Shown in pieces: positions 1 through 8,661 of a DNA stretch of 64,000 nucleotides (the first letter of the stretch is position 1; the number at the start of each line of letters is the position of its first letter). A program made the translations under genes and the position numbers. Origin of the DNA: Pseudomonadota bacterium (GTDB lineage Bacteria > Bdellovibrionota_B > Oligoflexia > Oligoflexales > RGVZ01). The notes beneath the pieces are model-generated. The model did not search any database and was not told the origin of the DNA. It was given only the letters and a program-made list of their open reading frames with translations. The stretch lies in assembly GCA_041178085.1 (NCBI GenBank), contig JBEGVZ010000085.1, positions 32,001 through 96,000 of the forward strand. Reading direction: 5' to 3'.

Positions 1-676
1 CATCCTTGTCATCCCCTGCTTCAATGAAGCACGTCGGATTGATCTTAAAGTCTTTGCCGCTGCGGCGAAGCAGGTGCGCTTTCTTTTTGTCGATGACGGC
101 AGCACCGATGGAACCGGGGATGTGATCTCTGCCCGTTTGCCCGAAGGTGGAAAGCTTCTGCGCCTGAAAAAAAATCAGGGCAAAGCCGAGGCGGTCCGCC
201 AAGGAGTTTTGTCTGCTCTTGATGGCGAGAAGGTAGACTGGATCGGTTACTGGGACGCGGACTTGTCGACCCCTCTGGATGAGGTCGAAAAGTTTCTTGA
301 GTTTGCGGGTGACGCAGACGGGATTTATGGCTCGCGCGTCAAGCGACTTGGAGCAACCATTGTACGGTCTCGTTTCAGACACGGCGTGGGGCGCACGTTT
401 GCCACGGTGTCGCAGATGCTGCTTCACCTTGATGCCTACGACACTCAGTGCGGGGCCAAGCTTTTCCGTCCAGAGGTTGCCCGCAAGGCGTTCAGCAAGC
501 CATTTATTTCGCGCTGGATCTTTGATGTTGAGATCCTTCTGCGCCTTCGGGGGCACCGCATCATTGAATATCCCCTCAGTCGCTGGGAAGACGTACGCGG
601 CAGCAAGGTGCGCGTTTTTTCCTCTGCTATCAGGATATTCACCGACCTTATCGCCATCAGGAGGCGCTATCTGTGA
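1..676 (+). CDS. Glycosyltransferase family 2 (dolichyl-phosphate glucosyltransferase-like), 5'-truncated by the window
   Basis: Frame is open from base 2 (ILVIPCFNEA..). Motifs FVDDGSTDGT, KNQGKAEAV, DADLSTP, DTQCGAKLF and WIFDVE. Confidence 0.9.
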   Translation, partial: ILVIPCFNEARRIDLKVFAAAAKQVRFLFVDDGSTDGTGDVISARLPEGGKLLRLKKNQGKAEAVRQGVLSALDGEKVDWIGYWDADLSTPLDEVEKFLEFAGDADGIYGSRVKRLGATIVRSRFRHGVGRTFATVSQMLLHLDAYDTQCGAKLFRPEVARKAFSKPFISRWIFDVEILLRLRGHRIIEYPLSRWEDVRGSKVRVFSSAIRIFTDLIAIRRRYL

Positions 677-1026
677 AGTCGTTCAGCGTCGCTGCACTGG
701 GCCTCAATCCCTGGGTCAATTTGATTCTTGCCGGATGTTTTGAGATGGGCTTCACGACCTGCATGAAGCTTTCGGACGGTTTTACGCGTTGGCCCTGGGT
801 CGCTGGATTTCTTGGCTTTGCAGTCCTTAGCTTTGCCTGTCTCTCGGCATCGCTGTCAGAAATACCCCTTGGAACGGCCTATGCAGTCTGGACCGGGCTT
901 GGGGCCTTTGGCACCGCGGTGATCGGTATTCTTTTTTTCAACGAGCCGGCCAGTGCGGCGCGGATCATCTTGCTCCTTCTTTTGATCGCGTCCATTGTAG
1001 GACTGAAGGCGTTTTCAAACGCCTGA
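673..1026 (+). CDS. Small multidrug resistance (SMR/DMT) transporter, SugE/Gdx-like
   Basis: Four hydrophobic helices; WxxLILAGCFE (membrane Glu), KLSDGFT, PLGTAYAVWTGLG. Confidence 0.9.
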   Translation: MKSFSVAALGLNPWVNLILAGCFEMGFTTCMKLSDGFTRWPWVAGFLGFAVLSFACLSASLSEIPLGTAYAVWTGLGAFGTAVIGILFFNEPASAARIILLLLLIASIVGLKAFSNA

Positions 1027-1042
1027 GCGAAGGAGTGTTGCA

Positions 1043-1657
1043 ATGAAAATCGCAGTGATCAGTGGTAGCCACCGGGCTAATAGCCAGTCACGCAAGGTGG
1101 CAGATTTTATTTGCAAGCAATTGGGCGAGATGTCTGGTTTTGCCGAGCCGTGGCTTTTTGATCTTGCGACCGAAAAACTTCCCCTTTGGGACGAAGGGGT
1201 TTGGTCCGGTGAGGAGCGCTGGAAAAAGATCTGGCAGCCGGTCTCGCAAAACCTCAAAGCATGCGATGGCCTTGTGGTCATAGCGCCTGAATATGCGGGC
1301 ATGGTACCGGCTGCCCTGAAAAATTTCTTTCTGTTAACGGGTAACGCCGAAGTCGGCCACAAGCCTGCGCTCATCGTCACGGTCTCTGCGGGAATGGGTG
1401 GGGCCTACCCAAACATGGAACTGCGCGCCTCAAGCTACAAAAACAACCGCATTCTCTATATCCCCGATCATGTTGTGATCCGGAATGTGGAACACCTGAT
1501 GAATGTCGCCCATGACGGGGACATCACACCCGAGGACCAGTACATCCGTGGACGCCTGGCCTACTCTCTTGGTGTGCTCAATGAATATGCCAAAGCGCTG
1601 AAGGTGGTCCGGGAAAGCGGAATCATTGATTTCAAGACTTACCCCAACGGGATGTAA
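1043..1657 (+). CDS. NADPH-dependent FMN reductase (flavodoxin-like fold)
   Basis: ISGSHRANSQS, APEYAGMVPAALKN and HKPALIV motifs; AGGAG RBS. Confidence 0.9.
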   Translation: MKIAVISGSHRANSQSRKVADFICKQLGEMSGFAEPWLFDLATEKLPLWDEGVWSGEERWKKIWQPVSQNLKACDGLVVIAPEYAGMVPAALKNFFLLTGNAEVGHKPALIVTVSAGMGGAYPNMELRASSYKNNRILYIPDHVVIRNVEHLMNVAHDGDITPEDQYIRGRLAYSLGVLNEYAKALKVVRESGIIDFKTYPNGM

Positions 1658-1669
1658 TGGGTTTCGGGA

Positions 1670-2773
1670 TTACATCTTCGACATGACTCCGGCCTTCACT
1701 TGAAGCAAGAATCTGTGGCCGAACTTGTCGGCATTGCTGGTTTCTTCAAACCGCGCTTGAGATCCCGCAAGACCGAAGTAGGGCATGAATTTATCCGTGT
1801 ACCGGGTCCACCGGGTGCCGATGGAGAGAGAAGTGATGTTGTCATCGATCTCACCCGTCTCAGTGACGTCGGCCGAGTTTCCCTTTTTGTCTCCGTCTCC
1901 TTGCCGGATGTCAAACCACTGCCAGCGGATAAATGGAGTCCACTCGCCAGACGCATACTCGACCAGGCCGGAAACGTAGCTCCTGCGATGAATGAACTCC
2001 TCTTCTCCGTTTCGACGCCCCTGCTGGTCTTGGGCCATGTGCAGAAAGCCAAGCCATGGGCCTTCTTGGTAAAGAGCGCCAAGCGTTGCAATTCGTGAGT
2101 GGCCCGCGTCGTAAGTTGCCAGCTGCAGCATGGGCTTCCATGCTGTGCCAAGAAAGCCCGGGATTTGCACTTGAAAGGTCGCGGCTGGTTGCGTGCCAGA
2201 GGAATAATATCCCCCGCCCGTCCGCACTCCGGCGTCGTCTTCAATGATCTTCACGTCATCAATGATCTGGAGCTTCCAGGAAGGACTCTCGGGCGAAGCC
2301 TGAAAGGCCACTTCAAAAGTCTGCTTGCTGTAGCCGCTGAGGATCGCAGTGGCCCCCTGCGTCATGGGGAAACCTCCGGTGCCGACATATTCCGTGAGCG
2401 AGTAAGGCCACTCGTATCCAGAGATATGATTCCACGTTCGACCACTGCCGATTGACCAGCGTGGGTCGAGCTGGAGACGGAGCATGGCATAATCCAGCGG
2501 CGTTTTAGCCGTCGGCTCAAAGGCAAGCCGGATAAAAAAAGTGATCGATGGCGCGAGTTCGCCCGTGAGCTTCAATTTCATGCGCTCAATAGCCATGTTG
2601 GCCGCCGGACGTTCGCGCTGTGTGTCCTCTGGATTTTGAAAACCTCGATTGTCAAAAGAAAGGCCGGAGCGGAATTCATGCCCGGTTTTTGGCCACTTGA
2701 TTTCTTCGGCAAAGGCTCTGCCTTGTGTTGCGATAAACGCAGCCATAAAACCGATCCAGAATTTCCGCCCCAT
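1670..2773 (-). CDS. Putative outer-membrane beta-barrel/porin-like protein
   Basis: Signal peptide MGRKFWIGF..GRAFA; alternating amphipathic beta strands (ERMKLKLTGEL, FFIRLAFE, LDYAMLRL, QVKAGV). Start moved from 2875 to 2773. Confidence 0.55.
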   Translation of the reverse strand: MGRKFWIGFMAAFIATQGRAFAEEIKWPKTGHEFRSGLSFDNRGFQNPEDTQRERPAANMAIERMKLKLTGELAPSITFFIRLAFEPTAKTPLDYAMLRLQLDPRWSIGSGRTWNHISGYEWPYSLTEYVGTGGFPMTQGATAILSGYSKQTFEVAFQASPESPSWKLQIIDDVKIIEDDAGVRTGGGYYSSGTQPAATFQVQIPGFLGTAWKPMLQLATYDAGHSRIATLGALYQEGPWLGFLHMAQDQQGRRNGEEEFIHRRSYVSGLVEYASGEWTPFIRWQWFDIRQGDGDKKGNSADVTETGEIDDNITSLSIGTRWTRYTDKFMPYFGLAGSQARFEETSNADKFGHRFLLQVKAGVMSKM

Positions 2774-2798
2774 GCTCTCGATTCCCCAATGGATTATT

Positions 2799-3332
2799 TC
2801 AGCAAGCTTTTGCGTCTTCACGGAGTCGCCAGACGCCCCGGCGAAGATCGTACACGAACCACCTGGTGTTGGCATTGCCGGCTGTATTCAGTCCCTTGAG
2901 GGCGATCTCCCGCGCACGGCTCGCCAGCTTTACCAGGTTGTGGGCTGAAGCCAGCTTGAATTGTTGTGACGCCTCTTCGGCACCGGCGCGCGGGTAAAGC
3001 GCAGCGAGAAGATCCTGACGGTCAAGTTCCTGGCCCGGGGCATCGATCAAAGTTTTGAACAGTTTGAAGAGAAGGGGCCGGTAATTCATGGCGACTTTCT
3101 CGTTGCCACAGTGAACGTGGCATTCGCTGTACCAGACGGGTGGCGGAAGTAGCCCCGCACCGGCAATCTTTGCCGTGTCTTGCTGCAAGCTAAAGGCGTC
3201 CGTCAGGCGCGCCGTGATCACGGCCAGCTCACTTGCCCTTGAGCGCAGGCCTTGAAACATGGCCAGGGTTTCGACCCGGTCAAAAAGCGTGTTTTCCTGT
3301 GCCGGTCTAATCGTTGCGAGATCAAATTGCAT
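2799..3332 (-). CDS. Hypothetical protein with C-terminal OmpR/PhoB-like winged helix
   Basis: Strong AGGAGG RBS. The C-terminal pattern LFKLFKTLIDAPGQELDRQDLLAALY..LVKLASRAR..RRGVWRL resembles Trans_reg_C. No receiver domain. Confidence 0.55.
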   Translation of the reverse strand: MQFDLATIRPAQENTLFDRVETLAMFQGLRSRASELAVITARLTDAFSLQQDTAKIAGAGLLPPPVWYSECHVHCGNEKVAMNYRPLLFKLFKTLIDAPGQELDRQDLLAALYPRAGAEEASQQFKLASAHNLVKLASRAREIALKGLNTAGNANTRWFVYDLRRGVWRLREDAKAC

Positions 3333-3566
3333 GGGACATCCTCCTGTGTCTCAAAGGGGCGAACGCGTCGCGCGCCCGGCCCCGGTTTCAGGGGATGGGA
3401 AATGTAGGATTCCCGGACAGGATGCAATCGCGTTGCGCAGAGGACATCTGCTCACATGTCATGATTCATGAGGAAATCAGGCTGCTTGCGACAATCTTGT
3501 CAGGCCACGGGAACTCCCTGGCAAGAACCGGCATCCATGACGAAATTTCGTAGACACTCTTTTTGA

Positions 3567-3689
3567 GGGCGGGTTATACGGCGTCGGCTGGGCCTTGGGG
3601 AGAGGTAGTTGGTGGGCGGTGGGATCTTTTGCCGGATGGCTGCTCGATCCCTCACAAACGGCCCGGAGCCGACGCTGTCCGGTGAGCCC
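3567..3689 (+). ncRNA. Candidate structured RNA (long interrupted hairpin), family unknown
   Basis: 3578-3589 pairs with 3667-3678 (12 bp, one G.U); 3590-3594 pairs with 3660-3664; further inner helices are rich in G.U pairs on the + strand. Confidence 0.35.
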
Positions 3690-3728
3690 GGATTGTTTTC
3701 ATGATCAGACACCTATGCTGAGAAATCG

Positions 3729-4139
3729 ATGAGTCGTGAAAGATGGCATCCGCTGCCGGCCAAAGCCTTCGCCGGACTGGATCTTTTAAGCCGCTGGAAG
3801 CCCTACCGCGAGGGCATGTGCAATGGCTGTCTGTCCTATTGTTGCCATTTGCCGGTCGAGGCATCAGCGAGCGACATGGTCAGACTGGGCTTTGCTGAAC
3901 AAGATGAGTACCGCGATTCCCCGCGCAAACTTTTCCGCAAGCTGTCAGCTCAAAAAATTGTCTCTGCATTCCGCCAGAAGACGGGTCTCTTCACGCTTGC
4001 TCAGAAACCCGATGGCAGTTGTATTTTTCTTGGCGCGGACCGGCGCTGCACGGTTTACGAAAAGAGGCCCGAAGTGTGCCGCAAGTTCCCTTCCGTTGGC
4101 CCCCGGCCGGGGTTTTGCCCGGAACGTAAAATGAAGTGA
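3729..4139 (+). CDS. YkgJ family cysteine-cluster (CxxCxxxCC) protein
   Basis: CNGCLSYCC ... CIFL..RRCTVYEKRPEVCRKFP. Confidence 0.9.
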   Translation: MSRERWHPLPAKAFAGLDLLSRWKPYREGMCNGCLSYCCHLPVEASASDMVRLGFAEQDEYRDSPRKLFRKLSAQKIVSAFRQKTGLFTLAQKPDGSCIFLGADRRCTVYEKRPEVCRKFPSVGPRPGFCPERKMK

Positions 4140-4181
4140 CTTTACGGGCTTTTGGCAGTCGAATCCATTTAACGGTGTGGT

Positions 4182-5393
4182 TTACCGGGCATGGGCGGGG
4201 CTTAGTTTTCTGGCAATGACCGCTGCAGCCCCCGTCAAGGTGGCGGCCACATAAAAAGGCCATGTCGGATTCAGTTGGAAGATCGCGCCGGCAGCTGCAG
4301 GTCCGAGCACCCGGCCCAAAGAGGCCAGCGACTGATTGAGGCCAAGGACACTGCCCTGCTCCGAAGGGTCGCTCGATTTGGAGATGAGGGATGAGTTGGA
4401 TGGATTGAACGTGCCAGATCCCGTCGCCAGAAGGACTGCCGTGCATACCATCAAGGGAAAGACACCCGTCTGGCCAGCCAGCGGAATCGCAACCATCGCG
4501 AGCGTCAGGACAATCAGTCCCCAGCGCGCGAGCTTGATCTCGCCAAACGTACGTGTCAGTCGGCCGATTAGAAAACCTTGGATCAAGACTGCCGTAAATC
4601 CAACCGCTACCAGGTAGACGGCAGTCAGTTGCGAGGCCGCCCTGATGCGCGCCTCCCCTGCCGATTCAGTGACCCAGATCGCTTCAATGAAAAGGCCGAT
4701 CACCTGCTCCATGATCGCAAAGCCCAGGGTGTAGATGAACGTCATGGTGAAAAGAGTGCCCACGTTTGGCCGTTTCGCAGCTTCCTTTAAAGCCGCCCAT
4801 GAGATGAACTTGCGATGGTTGCGAGCAGCCGCGCCGGGTTTCAGGGTCTCGGGCAGCATGAAGGCGGCAAAGATGAAGTTGCCGACTGCCAGAATCGCCG
4901 AGAAGTAGGCAGGCCAGACCGGGGAGTATTGGCCAAGGATGCCGCCAATTGCAGGTCCAATGATGAAACCAAGGCCAAAAGCCGCTCCGATCAGGCCCAT
5001 ACCCTTGGCGCGGTCCTCCGGACGGGTCACGTCAGAGATAATGGCCTGCGCAGTGCCCAGGTTGGCGTTGCCAAATCCGGCCAGCATCCTGGCAGCAAAA
5101 AGGGTTGCCAGATTTTGCCCCAGGCCAAAGATGAGGTGGCCAACGGCACTTACGGCGACGCTGAGCAGGATCACCGGACGGCGTCCAATGCGGTCGGAAA
5201 CCCGCCCCCAGAAGGGGGCAAATAGAAACTGCATGAGCGAGTATGACGCCCCGAGCAGAGTTACCTGCGCGGCCGTAGCACCAAAGTTTTCGACATAGAA
5301 TGGCTGGATCGGGATCATGATCCCGAAGCCGAGCAGGTCCAGGAAGATGGTAAAGAAAGCGATCGCAAGTGGGCGGGAGCTTTGGGATTTCAT
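4182..5393 (-). CDS. MFS drug/H+ antiporter, TetA/DHA1-like
   Basis: About 12 TM segments; FLDLLGFGIMIP, motif A GRVSDRIGRR, motif C GFIIGPAIGG. Confidence 0.9.
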   Translation of the reverse strand: MKSQSSRPLAIAFFTIFLDLLGFGIMIPIQPFYVENFGATAAQVTLLGASYSLMQFLFAPFWGRVSDRIGRRPVILLSVAVSAVGHLIFGLGQNLATLFAARMLAGFGNANLGTAQAIISDVTRPEDRAKGMGLIGAAFGLGFIIGPAIGGILGQYSPVWPAYFSAILAVGNFIFAAFMLPETLKPGAAARNHRKFISWAALKEAAKRPNVGTLFTMTFIYTLGFAIMEQVIGLFIEAIWVTESAGEARIRAASQLTAVYLVAVGFTAVLIQGFLIGRLTRTFGEIKLARWGLIVLTLAMVAIPLAGQTGVFPLMVCTAVLLATGSGTFNPSNSSLISKSSDPSEQGSVLGLNQSLASLGRVLGPAAAGAIFQLNPTWPFYVAATLTGAAAVIARKLSPAHAR

Positions 5394-5553
5394 CTCAGTC
5401 TTTCCGGGAAGCTAAAAAGGGCCCCATTCAGGGCTAGCATCCCCTGCGAAAATAGATCAACGGCCTTGCCCAACGCAACCGCCAAGCTGCCGAAATCACC
5501 CGAACTTGGGGTTACCTGGGATATACTTGAAGACTGGGACGGAGGCCCACCCC

Positions 5554-7221
5554 ATGCCAGCCAGTAAAAAAGTGAAAAAGCCAGCGACGAAAACGGCTCC
5601 TGCAAAAAAAGCGACGGTCAAGACAGCTGTCAAAACCACCGTCAAGACAGCGACCAAAACTGCTGTGCCGCCGCCAAAAAAAGCGCCACCCGTCGCAACA
5701 AAGAAACCACTCATGGCACCCGCCCGTCGTCCGGCACCGGTGGTCCAGGCTGTGCCAGCAAAAGTCGTGGCACCGCCAGCGGCCCTTCCCCAACTCACTC
5801 TGGAAAAGGTGTTTGAATGCCTTGATCCAGTGATCCGGGATAAGGGTGGTGTCGCCAAAGAAGACACGGAATTGAAGCACCTGTGCACCGACTCGCGTTT
5901 GTGCAAGAAAGGGGACGTGTTTGTTGCGCTCGGCGGGCAAAACGTTCACGGCTTTGACTTCATTCCCGCAGCAGTAAAAGGGGGCGCGGCGGTGGTGGTG
6001 TGCGACCGGCCGCGACCAGCCGACCTGCCAGCAGGTGTTCACTACATTGAAGTCGAAGATGCCCTTTTGGCCTTCCGCAAACTTGCGGGCAGGTGGCGTG
6101 CAGAATTCAACATCCCGGTGATCGCAGTCGCCGGAAGCGTCGGCAAGACCACGACCAAGGACATGCTGGCAGCAATTCTAGCTGGCCACTTCAAGTCGAC
6201 GCTGAAAACCGAGGGCAGCCAGAATGGCTTTACGGGCATCCCAGCCACGCTCGCCAGGCTGCGCAAAGAGAACAAGGCCGCCGTGATTGAAGTCGGAATC
6301 GATGATATTGGCGCAATGTCCCAGCACATCGACCTCGTGAAACCCGGCATGGCCGTTGTCACGTCCATCGGTCCGGAGCATCTTGAACGCCTGAAAAACA
6401 TCGACACCGTTGCCGCCGAAGAGACTCTGGCGCTGAAGCGCACAGCCGTCGCCGGTGGAATCGCAATTATTAACCTCGACGATGAACATTGCCGCCCGTT
6501 TTTTGCTTCCTTGAAGCCTGAACACCGCGTTGGATTTTCTCTTTATCCCAAGCTCAAGCCGCGGCCGGATGTCCTGATAGGCCGTCTATCCCTCGATGGT
6601 GACGTGCTCGAAGTGTCGGGCGACATCCGTGGGATGCGCCTGGCCCGGGAAAAGTTCACCCTTCCCCTTCCTGGCAAGCACAACGCGGCGAACCTGCTGG
6701 CTGCGGTCACGGCAGCAGCCGTAGCCGGCGTGTCTCCAGACGAAATGCGCAAGGGCCTTGAAGGGTTCGTCCCGGGTTTTGGACGTTCCCGCATTGAGCA
6801 GCTCGCCAGTGGCGTGCTGGTCATTTGCGATTATTACAATGCAAGCCCATCCTCCGTCTCAGCGGCCCTGGACCTTCTGCGGGAGCGTTCGTCGGTTAAG
6901 GGGCGTCGGGGCAAAAAGTACGCTTGCCTTGGCGACATGCTTGAACTCGGTCGCGAGGAGGAAACGATGCACCGCCGCCTTGCCGACAAGCTGGCCGCCG
7001 CCGGTGTCGACAAGGTCCTTCTCTTTGGTGAGCGGATGAAGTGGTTGGCCGATGAGCTCAAGCGGCGCAAGTTTGAAAGCGACGTGGAGCACTTCGACTC
7101 GCACCTGACGATGTCTGATCACCTCAGGCAAAACCTGCGTCCAGATGATTATGTTTTAATCAAAGGATCGCGTGGGATGGCCATGGAGCGGGTCTGGGAA
7201 ATCCTCAAAGAGACTGTCTGA
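5554..7221 (+). CDS. murF: UDP-N-acetylmuramoyl-tripeptide--D-alanyl-D-alanine ligase with N-terminal Lys/Ala/Pro-rich extension
   Basis: TDSR, AGSVGKTTTKDM P-loop, DYYNASPSS, LGDMLELG, IKGSRGM; GGAGG RBS before ATG 5554. Confidence 0.93.
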   Translation: MPASKKVKKPATKTAPAKKATVKTAVKTTVKTATKTAVPPPKKAPPVATKKPLMAPARRPAPVVQAVPAKVVAPPAALPQLTLEKVFECLDPVIRDKGGVAKEDTELKHLCTDSRLCKKGDVFVALGGQNVHGFDFIPAAVKGGAAVVVCDRPRPADLPAGVHYIEVEDALLAFRKLAGRWRAEFNIPVIAVAGSVGKTTTKDMLAAILAGHFKSTLKTEGSQNGFTGIPATLARLRKENKAAVIEVGIDDIGAMSQHIDLVKPGMAVVTSIGPEHLERLKNIDTVAAEETLALKRTAVAGGIAIINLDDEHCRPFFASLKPEHRVGFSLYPKLKPRPDVLIGRLSLDGDVLEVSGDIRGMRLAREKFTLPLPGKHNAANLLAAVTAAAVAGVSPDEMRKGLEGFVPGFGRSRIEQLASGVLVICDYYNASPSSVSAALDLLRERSSVKGRRGKKYACLGDMLELGREEETMHRRLADKLAAAGVDKVLLFGERMKWLADELKRRKFESDVEHFDSHLTMSDHLRQNLRPDDYVLIKGSRGMAMERVWEILKETV

Positions 7222-7335
7222 CAAGGCTTTCAGGAAAAACCTGCACTTTAGGGTGACATCCGGCGCCTGCTCCGATATCATTCTCCCAAGTAGCCGAAAA
7301 AGTTACATAACTTGACGCTTTTTTTGGGAAAGCTC

Positions 7336-8628
7336 ATGGCGCACTCCAGGTGGATCCGCTTGGTTTGTCTGGCACAGGTCCTGGCTCTGGCACCGCTTGC
7401 TGGAGCGGCCAGCTATCAGGACGTTGACCATTCCTTCTCCTTCGAATTTTACGCCACGGATGTTTTTCCGTGGATCGATGGGTCTCGCTCCGGTGCGGTC
7501 AAGGACACGCGCGGCGAGATGGCCAAAGCCCTTCAGTCGATGATCACTGGAACCCGCAGTCGCCTTGAAGTTGCCCTTTACGGAACCAAAAAGCAGGGAT
7601 GGTTTATCGAATCCCTGCGCAAGCTGGCGAATCGACGGGAAAGCGTCCCGGTGGAAGTGGTTGTGGACCAGCGGGTGGGCGATGTCGGCGACTGGAACCC
7701 CGATAATTTTGATTACTCGGACACGGTTGAACTGGCAAAGACGCTTGGTGATGAGGCAGTAAGACCCGATGTCGATGCGTCGGGCGCGGTCAACGTCAAT
7801 TCCATCATGCACAACAAGTTCGTGGTGGCCGATCGCAAGAAGGTTTGGCTCGGCAGTGCCAACGTCAGCCACACTGACATGGGCAGCGATTACAACGTGA
7901 ACGTCGCCCTGCTCTTGAAAAACCCCGAAATCGCTCGTGTTTACTCGGACGAATTCCGCCAGATGTTCCATGACAGACGCTTCTCAACGGAAAAAATGGC
8001 TCGCGACGATCAAAGACCCTTCCGCTTCAAGGACGGCACCATCGCAGAGGTCTATTTTTCTCCCCAGGACGACACGATGAACCGTGCAATCCTGGAGTTT
8101 ATCCGCAGGTCCAGCAAGACTCTCGACATCGCCATGTTTTTCCTGACTGACATGAAGGCAGCCACCGCCCTCAAGGATGCCGTCAAGCGGGGCGTCAAGG
8201 TTCGTTTGATCTACGATGCCCTCGCCGGAGCCCATGCCGCTTCCAAGCACAGCTGGTTGCGTGACCAGGGGGTCGACGTGCGCGTGGAGAACTGGGGCGG
8301 CAAGATGCACATGAAGGCGGCAATTTCTGATGGTGCAGACGTGCTCCTTGGATCGGTCAATTGGTCCTCGGCAGGCGCCCTCAAAAATGACGAGAATACC
8401 CTGGTCGTCCGGCGCAACCAGAAACTGGCAGAACAGATGTCTGCCTATTACGAGAAGCTCTGGGCGACCCTTGAAGATGATTCTGGTGATGGCGACAGTG
8501 ACCGCAGCGCACGGCGCGTACCAAGAAATCCCCGCGCCGAAGGCAAGGAGTCGATCAATGCATGCCGCGATGGCATCGATAACGACCACGACGGTTTGGT
8601 TGACTCCGAAGATGACGGCTGCTCCTGA
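7336..8628 (+). CDS. Secreted phospholipase D/Nuc-like protein with two HKD motifs and a C-terminal CxDGxDNDxDG motif
   Basis: Signal peptide; MHNKFVVAD..GSAN and MHMKAAISD..GSVN; ends CRDGIDNDHDGLVDSEDDGCS. Confidence 0.85.
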   Translation: MAHSRWIRLVCLAQVLALAPLAGAASYQDVDHSFSFEFYATDVFPWIDGSRSGAVKDTRGEMAKALQSMITGTRSRLEVALYGTKKQGWFIESLRKLANRRESVPVEVVVDQRVGDVGDWNPDNFDYSDTVELAKTLGDEAVRPDVDASGAVNVNSIMHNKFVVADRKKVWLGSANVSHTDMGSDYNVNVALLLKNPEIARVYSDEFRQMFHDRRFSTEKMARDDQRPFRFKDGTIAEVYFSPQDDTMNRAILEFIRRSSKTLDIAMFFLTDMKAATALKDAVKRGVKVRLIYDALAGAHAASKHSWLRDQGVDVRVENWGGKMHMKAAISDGADVLLGSVNWSSAGALKNDENTLVVRRNQKLAEQMSAYYEKLWATLEDDSGDGDSDRSARRVPRNPRAEGKESINACRDGIDNDHDGLVDSEDDGCS

Positions 8629-8661
8629 GGCCATAGTCCGTTTTTTTTCAAGGTTGTTTCA

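Noticed and set aside
600..672. Guanidine riboswitch upstream of the Gdx-like SMR gene
   Set aside because: The SMR start overlaps the glycosyltransferase stop, leaving no leader, and no riboswitch motif is seen.
3536..3703. 6S RNA or SRP RNA identity for the intergenic hairpin
   Set aside because: No SRP tetraloop/AGCAG internal-loop motif, and no convincing 6S central bubble or usual synteny. Left as an unassigned candidate pending an Rfam search.
4182..5393. Acquired tetracycline resistance gene
   Set aside because: Generic DHA1-type MFS with no adjacent tetR or mobile context; the substrate cannot be inferred.
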